A program made the position numbers and the translations under genes. 64,000 bases of DNA from contig NW_003314265.1 in the NCBI RefSeq assembly GCF_000143415.4, positions 1,570,446 through 1,634,445 of the forward strand, read 5' to 3'. The DNA comes from Selaginella moellendorffii (Eukaryota; Plantae; Lycopodiophyta). Below the pieces are notes generated by a model. It had not been told where the DNA came from. It made no database searches and saw only the letters and a program-made list of their open reading frames with translations. Shown here piece by piece: positions 1 to 12,694 of this stretch (positions are counted from its first letter, which is position 1; every line of letters starts with the position of its first letter).

Positions 1-119
1 TGCTCTTCGTTCTTGTGTTCTTCCGTTGCTCTCCATCCCCACGAATTCTACAGTGATGCTGCTCCGGTGAGCAGCGAAGGAAGAGAAATCGGTGGCAGTG
101 GAATGCGGAGGAGATCAAA

Positions 120-1496
120 ATGGGTGGCGTCTCCAACACCATCACCACCACTGCCACCATCACCACCACCACCAACAACAAGTGCTTCTCCTCCGATTCC
201 ACGCTCGTGAATCCTCCTCCTCCCCCACCACCTCCGCCACCACCGTCCTCCGCCGCCGCGCTGGATCTCAACAGCCCGCCGCCCAGCCGCCTCAGCAGCC
301 GCGCGAGCAGCAGCAGCAGCAGCAGCAGCAGTCCCCCGCGGAGTATCGGCGGCGGCGGCGGCGTAGTGGCGGAGGCCGAGCCTAGCACCGCCAACGGTGG
401 CGGCGCTGCCAGTGGCGGTACCTGTCAGGCCGCGAAGAAGCCCGCCTCGCCGGTGGCTGCCGAGGCGGAGGCCATCAAGCAGCAGCTCGCCGCCACCACT
501 TTCATCCAGGCGGACGTTCTCACGTTCCGCGAGGTCGTCCAGAAGCACACGGGCGCCGCGGAGGATGCCCAGGACAAGATGCCCGTCACCGTCCCCGCGA
601 GGCAATCCGGCGGATCCAAAAACCACCACCAACACCAGCAGCACCAGCAGCAGCAGCAGCAGCAAATCGCTTCCCAGCCCGCGGATCCGCCGGGCAATGC
701 GGTAGCAACGTCGGCGGCGGGACCGGGAGCGGTACCGCACGGTACCGCCGGCGGCATGCCGCTGCGGCGCCACATGTCGCGGCTGCACGAGCGCAAGCAG
801 AACAACCTGCGCAACCTGGATATCAACCGCGGGTCGCCCTTCAAGCGCACCGGCTGCTCGCCCCGCGGCTCCGACGTGTCGCCCAAGCTCGTCTACAGCG
901 ACGCGCTGCACACCGCCGCCGCCGCCGCGGGCGGGCTCCTCCCCAGCCCCGTCACGCCGCTCTCCTCCGAGGCCTCGTTCGAGACGAGCAATCCCCAGCG
1001 GCCGCACCACCACTTGCAGCCGCCGCTCACGCCCACCGAGCTCCTCCGCCAGAGCTTCGATCGGAGCTTGCATTGCAGCGATGATCTCAAGTCTCCACCG
1101 CCGCCGCCACCCCCGCCGCCGCCGGTCCACCACCAGCCAAACGGGATCGTGGCGTCGCCAGCGGCCAACGGTGGCGGCGTTTTCGAGCGCTTCCCATTCC
1201 ACCACCACGGTATGATTCTCCATACCCAGCAGCAGCAGCAGCCGCAAGCGGTGGTGGCGACTCATCTCCAGCTCGGAAATCCTCACCACCTCCACCACCA
1301 CCCCGCGGCCGCCGCTCACCATCTCCACCACCACCACGTCGCCGCCACCAATCAACACTTTGTCTACGAGCACCACCACCAGCAGTTCCAGGAGATCCAG
1401 CACCACCAACAGTTCCAGCACCACCATCTCCAGCGGGAGCCCGAGCTCTTGGATCTCTTCCCGGTCCACGCCACAAGCTTCAAGGATCGATCATAG
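120..1496 (+). CDS. VQ motif-containing protein (intronless, low complexity)
   Basis: 458-aa ORF with TTFIQADVLTFREVVQKHTG (FxxxVQxxTG motif), followed by RLHERK and LLPSPVTPL segments typical of MPK3/6-targeted VQ proteins; poly-Q/H/P/S tracts. Confidence 0.9.
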   Translation: MGGVSNTITTTATITTTTNNKCFSSDSTLVNPPPPPPPPPPPSSAAALDLNSPPPSRLSSRASSSSSSSSSPPRSIGGGGGVVAEAEPSTANGGGAASGGTCQAAKKPASPVAAEAEAIKQQLAATTFIQADVLTFREVVQKHTGAAEDAQDKMPVTVPARQSGGSKNHHQHQQHQQQQQQQIASQPADPPGNAVATSAAGPGAVPHGTAGGMPLRRHMSRLHERKQNNLRNLDINRGSPFKRTGCSPRGSDVSPKLVYSDALHTAAAAAGGLLPSPVTPLSSEASFETSNPQRPHHHLQPPLTPTELLRQSFDRSLHCSDDLKSPPPPPPPPPPVHHQPNGIVASPAANGGGVFERFPFHHHGMILHTQQQQQPQAVVATHLQLGNPHHLHHHPAAAAHHLHHHHVAATNQHFVYEHHHQQFQEIQHHQQFQHHHLQREPELLDLFPVHATSFKDRS

Positions 1497-2857
1497 CAGA
1501 GCGTCAAATTCTTATTTTTGTTTTGGAAGAACTTTGGTCTCAGGAGAAGCAAAGGGAGGGTTTCGATCTTCCAAGAGGAAGTTAGAAAGCATATGCCGCT
1601 TGTGGGCATCTTTGAAATATTTTACCACCATCAATTTCACTCACAACTCGCTTCTTTGCTTTCGTTTTTTTGTCATTGTTTTCGTTTCCTTTTGTCTCCC
1701 TTCGAAAGGTTCTGGGTTTTATGGTCTTCTCGTTGAATTGGTTTCGTCTTTTTTTCCTTCGTCCAAAAATTCATTGGCCACTCCTCTAGAAGCTCCCAAA
1801 ACTTCCACTGGCATTTGGACCAGCGCGGAGTAAGCTTGTCAACTTGGTCTTGTTTTTGTTGCTTGCTTGGCGTGTTTGCTTCTTCTTTTCCACCTCGTTG
1901 CTGTCCCTCGTTTGCTCGCTTCGCATTGCCTTCTCCAGTGTATTCCCTTGTTTGATCGTTTTGCATTGCCTTCTCCGCTGGATCGAGCAGAGACTTTTCT
2001 TTCCAGGAGCGTTTTAGCGCTGGCTTTGCGTCGTCGTGCCTTGTGTGAGTGTGTGGAGCCGGGCAGGTCGAGCAGGCTTGTCCGATGCATTGCATTTCCA
2101 CCCCAGGAAGTGAAAACGAGTGCCACAGTGCTCAGGAGGTCCTTCCTGGTGTGCCACAAATGCTGGATTGATTGGATCGTTTTGCGGGAGAAAGAGAGAG
2201 AGAGAGCCTTATCTCCACGGGATAAAAGCGCAGAGCCGCTCATTGGCCCAAAATAAATGTGTCTGCAAGCCTAGGAGAAAAAAAAAAGTGAAAAGGAATC
2301 CAATGATGTAAAAAACTCTTACCGCGAGGGGAGTGGAGTGCGATCGAGGCTGGAAGTTCAAACGTTATTTAGAGAGTGAACAGAAAACCAGGAGAAAAGA
2401 GGGAAAAAATCCTTGCCTCTTTCTTCCAGACCTGTTGAGATTCTGTAGCGAGCCCCAGATATAAGCATTTTGGCAGGAGGCGTTGTAGAGTGTTGATATG
2501 GACGGCAGCCGAGAATCTCTCGTACTTTTCACTTTGGGTGCTCGTAATCTCTGCTTGATCTCTGCCCTGCGAGCAAATCTTTGCATTTGGAAGCGGTTAG
2601 AAAAGATCTCGCAGAGCTAAGCAAGCGTTCCTCTGGTAAAAAAAAAGTATAGGGAAGTAAAAAAAAGCATGAGCACAAGATAGAGCTCGTTAGCGACGAG
2701 AATATACAAAGCCCATAGAAGCTACACAGACCAGACAGTATCACAAAGGTACCACCTGATGTCCTGTAGCCAAAACGATGGTGCCAAGCATCATCAAATC
2801 ACCAAAGTTTGTCGTCGTCGTCGATCCCTGTTACTACCTAGAGAAGTTTTCCTTCGA

Positions 2858-3563
2858 TCACGTTTCCGCGGCTCCGAAGCAGCAATACCATTTCTTCTGC
2901 ATCAAAACACGATCAGCTATACGGCTGGGAAGAGGGAAAAGAGAGCTTTGCATTACATTGGACGAGGACCGGTCCGGATTGTTCTTGTACAGCTCGCTGT
3001 CGTTCTTCACGGGGGACGCCGGTCGGCCACCGGATCCGGCTCGCTTCTCGTCTCTGGCTTTGTTGAAGATGATGGTGAATCCATCGGCCGAGGAGGGATC
3101 TTTTGGATCCCAGGCACCGAATTTTGGTAGCGGTGGCCCCTGTCCCTTCTCCTGTTGAGAAACGACGCTAAGTTATAACTATGGCTCGCTAGAGCACGAA
3201 GGAAGAATTAAAAAAAGAGATTTTTACCTGGTCTTCCTGCATGGGATTGGCTCTCATTCGACTCCGCCCGGGTGTGGAGGGCGCAAAGTTATTGCCACCT
3301 TCGTTCTTCTTCTCCCATGCAGGAGATCCTGTCGACGTTCTATTGCTGCTGCTGTGGTTTCTTACTTGCGGGTGGAGAGGCGAGCGCTCGGTGCTGCTTT
3401 GCCTCCGCGAGGAATGGTCCAAGTGCCGGCGCACATCACTCTGGTCCTTCTTCTACCACAGAAGAAAAGACAATCAATCACTCGAAAAACCACTCTGTTC
3501 AATCCATCCATCCAGCGGCATTTGCCCCGCCGTCGCGGATTGGACGAAATTACTTACAGCCAT
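2858..3563 (-). CDS. RIN4/NOI-family protein (single C-terminal NOI domain), about 154 aa, 4 exons
   Basis: Exons 3563-3558, 3452-3228, 3151-2957 and 2896-2858 join by GT-AG introns in frame: MA|KKDQ...ERSPLHP...SPAWE...[11 protein letters not shown]...EDQ|[36 protein letters not shown]...|[12 protein letters not shown]. Contains the NOI signatures PxFGxW and FTxxFxK and C-terminal cysteines. Confidence 0.9.
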
Positions 3564-3957
3564 GGCGGAGAAGAATGCTCGATCGACCCTCCCACTCGCT
3601 ACAACGCGCCGAGACAATCCGCCGCTGCTGCCCTAGGAGACGGCATTCCAGTGGGAGAGAGACCTAGAGGCAGCTGATCTAGAGAGGCCAGATCCAGCTA
3701 GAATGCTGGCACTTGGGCGCCCCGCCGTGGCTGAGATCGCCGTGCCCTAGGCGAGAGATAGCCGAGCGAGCACCACCTCGTTCCACATCCTAGGCAAACT
3801 AATAGATGACCTAAAGACGGGATTGCCAAGAAACAAGACGACAGGGCACCTGTACGAAAGGCTCTCGACTAGCAAAGTTAATGAACGGGAGATAATTTAA
3901 TCTCTCTAGATATTTAAAAAAGAGATAGAATATTCCTTCCTATCATATTTACACTGT

Positions 3958-5582
3958 TTAGAGTATCAAAGCCAACAAAACTGGGAGGACGAGAGCTTTC
4001 CAAGCGAGAGTTTGGCGATGGATGGCCGCGCTGGGAAGAAAGGGATACGAGTGAGGAGGCGGCAAAACGCATTCTTCGCCATTGAAATACACCCTGCGGG
4101 GAAATGCCCAGCCTTTGTCCAGAGTGAAGCTGGGATCCTTTTGGAAGAGGAGCTCCGACTGGACGTTTCCAACGGGGCCGGCAGTGAGGAGTTCGTCGTT
4201 GTAGTAGCGGATCCCCCAAAACATCGCTGTGTCATCTGGAAATCACCACTCAAGTTACTGATCAAGAGCGATGGAGCGAGAGGGAAAAAGGAAAGCTTAC
4301 TAGTGCGTCCTCGCGGCAAGCTCATGTAGTTGAAGCTGAATGCCGAGGTGAGGTTGTCCAGGTTGGGGTGCTGGACGACGACGTTCCACTGCGTGTGGTT
4401 CTTCCGGAGGCTCCTGTTGATGATGGTGAGCTTGGCTCGCCAGTAGTCGTAGTAGTTCGTCTTTACGTGCCAGTGGATCTTCACCGGGCACATATCGGTG
4501 GAGCAGTAAAGCTCTGGTGGATCTCTAGTCCTGCCCGTGCTATAGCCCGGGGAGTTCATATAGGCAGAGCTCCTGAGAGTAGCATAAGAACAATCAAGGC
4601 CTGGGAAGAAAAGTTCCAAAAGCTTACATTTGCATGCACATCGGCTGGGCATTTTGGATCGGCTGTGTCGCGTTGTAGGAGCACTGGCACGCACAAGTCG
4701 GGCAAGGAACGATCGTCGCGTTGTAAAAAGCCGAGTAAGAAACGCAGCAAGATGGTGCTCGCTGAGCCACGGCCTGGGAGTACCTACAGGTAACATTCCA
4801 AGTCACTGCCACACAACCAAGTCAGTCTGGAATTCCCTGAAGAAACTCCAGTTCCAAGCACTTACTCAAGGCTTGAGTCGCTCGACGATGATCCGGAGTG
4901 AAAAACAAGCTCCCGTTCACTCTCCTGGGAGAAGAGCACTCGTAGCCGGGCCCGGGAGCGCCGAGAAGGAAGCTCTTGGGAGGAGAAGTTGTGTCGCTCA
5001 CATTGCTGGACTGGCCAACCGTGAGCTGAAAGCTCGCCACTGAATTCTCCGGGTCTTGGAGAAGCGAGCTCAGCACACCATTCCTACAGCAGTTGGCCGA
5101 CTTCATGCTGGCAGGAGCTTCCGGGAGCAAATCCACAATGGTCGGGCTTTGAAGGCAGCAGTGCGGGATTGTTCCATGGAACTTGGAGCAATCTCCTTGA
5201 TACGTTGCCTGAGCTCCAACCATTCCCCAGATCACTTCTCCTCCTTGCCACGTCCATCCCAGAGTCCATCCCGGCGATTCTATGTGGCGATAGCGCTGGT
5301 AGTTTATGATCGATACTAGAGCCTGTGAGGATCACAGTAAGTCTAGAAACGAGAAGAAAATCTTCGATCTGTTCGATCTACCTGGTATCCATCTGATGTC
5401 CAGCTGATGATATCCCATTTCAGAGTGATATTTCCTTCCGGATCGAGAGGATCGAATGCTTGGACTGGAGAGAAGAGGGAGGAATAGGAAAATCTCGCTA
5501 GGGCTTATCACGTACCTCGATCACACAAGAGGATCAGCGCGGCGAGCAAGGCGGGCGCCGAAATTCCAAGCCTGGATCCCAT
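3958..5582 (-). CDS. COBRA-like GPI-anchored protein
   Basis: Signal-peptide exon MGSRLGISAPALLAALILLC, then AFDPLDPEGNITLKWDIISWTSDGY, MVGAQATYQGDCSKF, HCC, MCPVKIHWHVKTNYYDYWRAK, GWAFPRRVYFNG and a hydrophobic C-terminus. Confidence 0.93.
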
Positions 5583-5763
5583 CCACTAGACAATGCGCGA
5601 TCCCGCGGCGAAGAATCGGTGAAAAATGGGAGGAGCGCGCCATCTCCATGCAACTCCCGCTACTCTCTCCCTCTATTTTTCTTTGGCAGTGCTATAATAA
5701 CCAGTGATTTAAACTTTCACCTTTTTCGATTAAGATGTAATTAATATAGTAATTAATACAGGT

Positions 5764-8393
5764 TTAAAACTCCGCGAACTCCAGCTCATGCGGCATGAAG
5801 TCTTCCGTGGTTCTAAAGCTTTTGTCGGGAGAGTAGTAGCAGAGATTAGTAACTTGGCTTGTGTACAAGCACGCGAATCGTTCCACCTACAAGGAAAACG
5901 CGAACGAAAACGATGGAGATGGATTGAAAAACTTTGGATGGAACCCAAACCTGGTGAGCAAATCGGGAGTTTTGATAGCCAGTTTTCATGAGCTGTCCCC
6001 AGACGCTATGGAACTGGAGAGACGACAGAAAATTTGAGCCAGGGATGAGTTGGAGCGAAGTTTTGAGTACCTTTTGGTGGAGATCTTTGTGTGTTTGGCG
6101 CTGAAGATCTCGGATGGAGTCCCTGTCCTGCTGTAAAGACTTGGCTCTCGTTAAGAGCTCTTCTTCATTCTGGTGTTCTAGCCTGAAAGAAGAGTTTTAC
6201 TGGTGTTTATGGAATGGTTTTCCAGATAAGAGCCCACCTGAGCTTCCACTTTGCACGCTGGAGCAGGTCTTCTAATTCCTCGCGCTTTCGACGGAATTTG
6301 CGAAACTCCTGAGGCAGACTTGTGCATTTAATGGAAACTTGTGACCGTAATTCACGACTTACTTTTTGAAGCTTGAGGTTCTGTTTCAGTAGCTCCAGCT
6401 CACTCTCAAGCTCCGGAATGACAAGCATCGTTCTCCACCCTATTACAATCTGCATAAGTTTTTCGCGATTGAAGACTATTCACTCGTTGAGGAGTATCTT
6501 ACCAAGTTGTTTCTTGCTCCGCAAGATGTCTCCGTAGATGTGGTCACCTACATACAGCACCTATTCGCCAATAATGAATCAGTATCTTTACAAAAAACTT
6601 AAAGCACAGATTGCGGCTACCTGGGCCCCTGCCTCGATGGCTAGCAGTTTATGTAGGTGTGCAACTCCTCCTCCCTGTTTTACAAAGCCAAAATCATCCA
6701 GATTAAGAAAAAAAATAAGAAACTGATTCAGCGTACTTGAAAAGCTCTGCAGTGCTGACTGTTCTTCTTCTTTTGAGTTTCCAGGCCAACTCCCAAACCG
6801 CCAACCTGAGGTGACAATCAGAATCATTACTCTCGAAAAACACAAGGATCACACACCTGCATGAGAGGCGTTCCGTTGTCTGTGTTCTGGAGCATCCCAG
6901 TTTCGATGTCAACCTCGAAAAGAGGGGCTCGATTGCTATCAGCAAAAAAAGCAGGCTTTGCGCTGAGCAGGAGTAGTAGTACATTAGAACAAGAAACAAT
7001 GAAAACAATGGAGCTAGCACACCTGCCAGTAATGACAAGGTCAAAATAGGAAAGCCATTCGTCGTCTCGAGGTACACCTTCGTTACCAGTCTTTCCACAT
7101 AAATAGTTCATAACCACGTGTGTGTAGTCCCAGAGGCTGCAACAGCGCTCACATTCGCTACAATCTTAGAAAAAAGGTAAAGGTACCTGTTTGTTACGAG
7201 AAAAGTCATGCGGCCAGAGTCTCGCAGCATTTTAAACATTGGGACCAGCAGCGGATCTTCGTGGATATATCTGTGAAGTTTTTCAAAGGAATCAGAATAA
7301 AAGTTAAGTGGGGAGAACAGTACTCACTTTCCAGGGTCAAGAGAAACAGCTTGCTTAAGTGTGCCATCACGGTGGCACAAGTCCACAGCAGACCGTACAT
7401 CTTTGTAAATCTGGGCATAACTGTGGAAACAAAATACATGAGCGTTCTTCAAAGGATCACAACTTCGCTTTACCTTGGTACAAGCATGCCATCCTCAGAA
7501 TGAATGCTGGAGATCACAACGGAATAAGTACAGAAGCAGACAATGATTACAAGTCGTACTCTTTTGCCGGAAGCTTGCTAGGAGAACTATCTCTGTACTC
7601 AACGAGCTGCGCAAAAAGATATGCTTCCGCCAAGGAGAAGAGGGTGTCGATAAGCGCATAGTCAGGTTCGTCGTAGGCTTCACGGGACAGTGTGTTCCCA
7701 TAAGTAGCCATTCTCTCTTCACGGGGTAATTCTCGAAACCCATGGTAGGCAACCTTGACGTACTTGTGACGATCCATCTGCGGATGCATTGTCAAGAGTT
7801 ATAAACAAAATGGAAGCTGGGGGAAATCAAAGTATACTTTCAGAACGTTGCCTCGCCTTTTATCCAGAACTAGACCTCTGATCATATATTTCCAGTCGAA
7901 TGTCCATTGCAACAGCTGCAAATTGGAGCATTTAGTAACAGGTGAACATATAAAAACTGTAAGGAGATTTTGGGACGAGAGCACGAACATCAGTGGGATA
8001 GCCGAGATTGTAGACCAGCTTTTTGACCGTTCCCTGGTAAGCAAGAACCTCAAACGTATCTGGCTTGTACTGTGCGAGAGTGTAATCCATATCGAAGCCA
8101 ACAGCCACAATGCTCTTCATATTTAAGGACCTGTTGCAAAAAATATGCTTGCTGGAATCCACAACTCCATTCCACTTGGAAGAAGCCCATGTCAAGGGAT
8201 GCTCCTCCGCCAAGTAGCACGACGGCGAGTTTAGAGGCTCCCTGGGAAACGGGGACAATTCCCAGTCCAAATCACCGTTTGGCACAGGAGAAACTGGAAA
8301 TTCAGGATCGAGAGCGTGAGCCACAGAGATTTCCTATCGGAATTTCAAACCTGTGACGCCTAGATCCGGGCGCTTGAACTTCGGAAGCGCCAT
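5764..8393 (-). CDS. HAD-superfamily subfamily IG 5'-nucleotidase (cN-II-like), multi-exon
   Basis: IFCNRSLNMKSIVAVGFDMDYTLAQY (motif I DxDxT), RGLVLDKRRGNVLK, YVGDHIYGDI and C-terminal EDFMPHELEFAEF*. The first intron removes an in-frame TAG. Confidence 0.9.
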
Positions 8394-8947
8394 CGCGAGC
8401 TCACGGCAGCATCCCGCGATCCCGAGCTAGAAACTTAGGCAGCGCTTCCACCGATTTGAAACGAGCGATCAGCTGCCAAGAGAGAGCACGGACTTCTGCA
8501 AGAAGGCGCGAGCTAGGGCTTTTATACGCCTTGTTGTCATGGGAATGCGTCAATCGGGGCTGTTGGAAGGGAGGATCCAACGGTCCATGGAGCTTGCGCA
8601 TATTCGCGTCGTATCTCTCTTGCCGTACATGGGCCAATGGCCATTGCGCTGTCTCTATTATTTTTCCAAGCGGGGAATCTTGTTGTGGTACGAGGGTCCT
8701 GCCCGTAAATAATTTCTTATAGTTTCGTGTGAATATACTTTAATCACCGTCGTCGTATGATGTCCACGATTCCAAAGCGCGAGGATGTCACCCAAATCAT
8801 TCCAAAGAACCCACTACGGCGGTCGCGATTGGCTGGTATTCGCCCAGTTGTGCCGTTCCTAACGGCAACTTTCTATTTGGGCGGTAGCGTTTAAATCTCC
8901 CTCCATTTTCCTATACCCTCGCTTTGTTTGTTCTTGTTCTTGAGTGA

Positions 8948-10564
<1,617 letters not shown>

Positions 10565-10648
10565 GAAAGAATCGTTTGCATCGAAGAGTGAGGATTTCAA
10601 TCAAGCTAGTGTTGAAAACCTTTTGTTCTAGATGTTTGCAAAGCTTTC

Positions 10649-10960
10649 GTACCATCTTTCTCCAACTTTGGTACCATCTCTCCATGAAACAAAACTTTGT
10701 CACCATCCTTCTTCCATGAAACAAAACTTTGGTATCATCTCACCATGAAACAAAACTTTGCCTCCATGAAACATCTCTCCATGAAACAAAATGTTGGTAC
10801 CATCTCTCCATGAAACAAAACTTTCATGAAAACAAACTATGGTACCATCTTTTTCCAAGAAACATAACTTTGGTATCATCTCTCCATCTGTCTCCATGAA
10901 ACAAAACTATGATATCCAAGAAACAGCTTTGGTATGAAACAAAACGTTGCCACCATCTTT
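10649..10960. repeat. Degenerate ~29-bp tandem repeat, about 10 copies
   Basis: Consensus GTACCATCTCTCCATGAAACAAAACTTTG repeated with indels between two convergent 3' ends. Confidence 0.85.
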
Positions 10961-10971
10961 TCTTGATAAGA

Positions 10972-12405
10972 TCAAACAAGAATCTTGGGTGGTCTTTTAA
11001 TTCCAAACGATGCTGAGGAGGCCTGGAATAGAAGCCATAGTTTAGAGTTTTTCATAAAATTCTTCCGGCCAACCTGTGGATCAAGGTTTTTCACGTTGAA
11101 GATCGCTTTGTGAGGATTTGATGCGTAGGCGTGGAAGTAAGATCTGTATCCTTCGGTCGAGAGCTGGTGTATGCGAAAGTTCTTCTGTACCAGCTTCTCC
11201 TGTAGGGAATACGAAAGATATGAGAGAATTTTTACCAAGATAAGAGGACCCCACGCACCATCTGCGACTGCAAAATCCCGGTTTTGATATCGGAGAACTC
11301 GCACTGAAGAAAAGAATCGCTATCCCGGACACCCTGATGGAGCGCGGAGCAAGAGGAAAAGTAAGCACGGACGATCATGAGTAAAGTTCCGTGGATCGTA
11401 TCACTCACTTTAAGGAAACTGATCTCCTGCGGGAGGAGGAAGAGCAGGCCTCTATTATTGCCCCCTTGTTGCTGTCCCGGTCGCTGCTTGTACTTCTGCA
11501 ATGGGCGATCGCACTCGAGATTTAGAAAGGATGCACTTTTTCTTTGTTCTTTGAAGCGTCAAAGCATACCTCTACGTCATCCGGAGGCTCAAATTGCAGA
11601 ATCCAGTCCTGTAGGTGAGAGCAAAGGTGTGGTGTCAGGCAGAGATCGGACAAGTAACATAAGCTTCTAGATCGGTCACTCTCGAAAAGAGAAAAGAAAA
11701 AGGAAAAGTATGAGAAAGAAGCCACACGGCATAGAAAGCAACTAAAAGAGTGGCCTGCTCCAACACAAAGAACAAAGTGGAGGAATGGTCCAAAACACAC
11801 ACACACACACACACACATTTACGTTTCATCTAGATCGAACCAGACGAACAAAGCAAATAAAAAGAAAAAGGAAGAGAGGAGAGATTTACGTACCACTGGA
11901 GGGATGATCAAACCGTAGAAGACAGCATCCGTGGTAAGTAGCAAACCCCTGTCGGCATCCCGGAATTGGTCGATAGTGCTGCGCGCTTTGGCATCGTCTA
12001 GCTTTTCGTGAATGGAGAGGTTTGGTATACCCAGCGCGATAAGGACTTGGTTGTGGAACAGTAGCGAGCGATAAGTTGAGAAGATGACGACAATCTTCCA
12101 CACACAAAAACAAAACAGTTAAAACCTCTTCGTTGCGAGCGAGGAGAAAAAATAAATCTCTGGAGAGAGAGGGAGTAGCTTACCTTCTTCTTGAGATTCT
12201 TCTTCAAGAATGTAGCAAGGAGCCCGAAGCGCTGATCGCCAGGCGCAATGCAGTAGAATCCTCTCGCGGACGAGTTCTTCGATTGCGCTGCCGCCGGATC
12301 GCCGCTTAGCAGCGGCTCTGGATCACAAGGATTTACCTTCTGGATCGCGTTCTTCTTCTTCTTCCTCCTATCCTCGTCTTGGACGATCACGTGCCCTCTC
12401 TTCAT
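10972..12405 (-). CDS. Truncated HAS1/DDX18 (RH27/RH51)-derived protein: RecA2 plus C-terminal extension only
   Basis: Seven exons splice in frame: ...GFYCIAPGDQRFGLLATFLKKNLKKK|IVVIFST...LLLTTDAVFYGLIIPPV|DWILQFEPPDDVE|KYKQRPGQQQGG...LLFLLPQEISFLK|...|EKLVQKNF...YRSYFHAYASN...IFNVKNLD|ASSASFGIKRPPKILV*. Collinear with the C-terminal half of HAS1. Confidence 0.8.
11794..11817. repeat. (AC)n microsatellite in an intron
   Basis: Uninterrupted acac run read directly. Confidence 0.9.
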
Positions 12406-12694
12406 CGAGGAACGATAAACCCTAGAATTTAGAAATTCTAGGGCACCGTGGAAGTCGGCGGTTCGATTCCTTGCCGCCACGTAAAGAGGTCCGGGGATCG
12501 AATCGCGTGGGCGCGGCCGCCCCGGTCCCATTCTTGCTGTTCACTGCTGCGCCCAGATCTAATCACTGGCGCTCTGGCGCGATGGAGCACGGGAGGAGAA
12601 GGAGGAGCCACCGGCGATTCTTGGAGTGAAAATCTCGAATCCCTCTCACAGGTCTGTAGGCTAGGAGCTCGGATCGAACAAGCAAGCGGCGGCT

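Noticed and set aside
48-1469. 473-aa antisense ORF over the VQ gene, and similar long antisense ORFs over TUA, GALT, PRP4 and the RLKs
   Set aside because: Shadow frames of GC-rich coding sequence with no independent motifs.
2759-3158. Plus-strand ORFs of 123 and 126 aa
   Set aside because: They are antisense to the NOI exons of the RIN4-like gene.
8334-8336. In-frame TAG near the 5'-nucleotidase start, suggesting readthrough or a pseudogene
   Set aside because: It lies inside a ~55-nt GT-AG intron whose removal restores the frame.
10649-10960. CRISPR-like array
   Set aside because: Eukaryotic context; repeats are contiguous and degenerate with no unique spacers.
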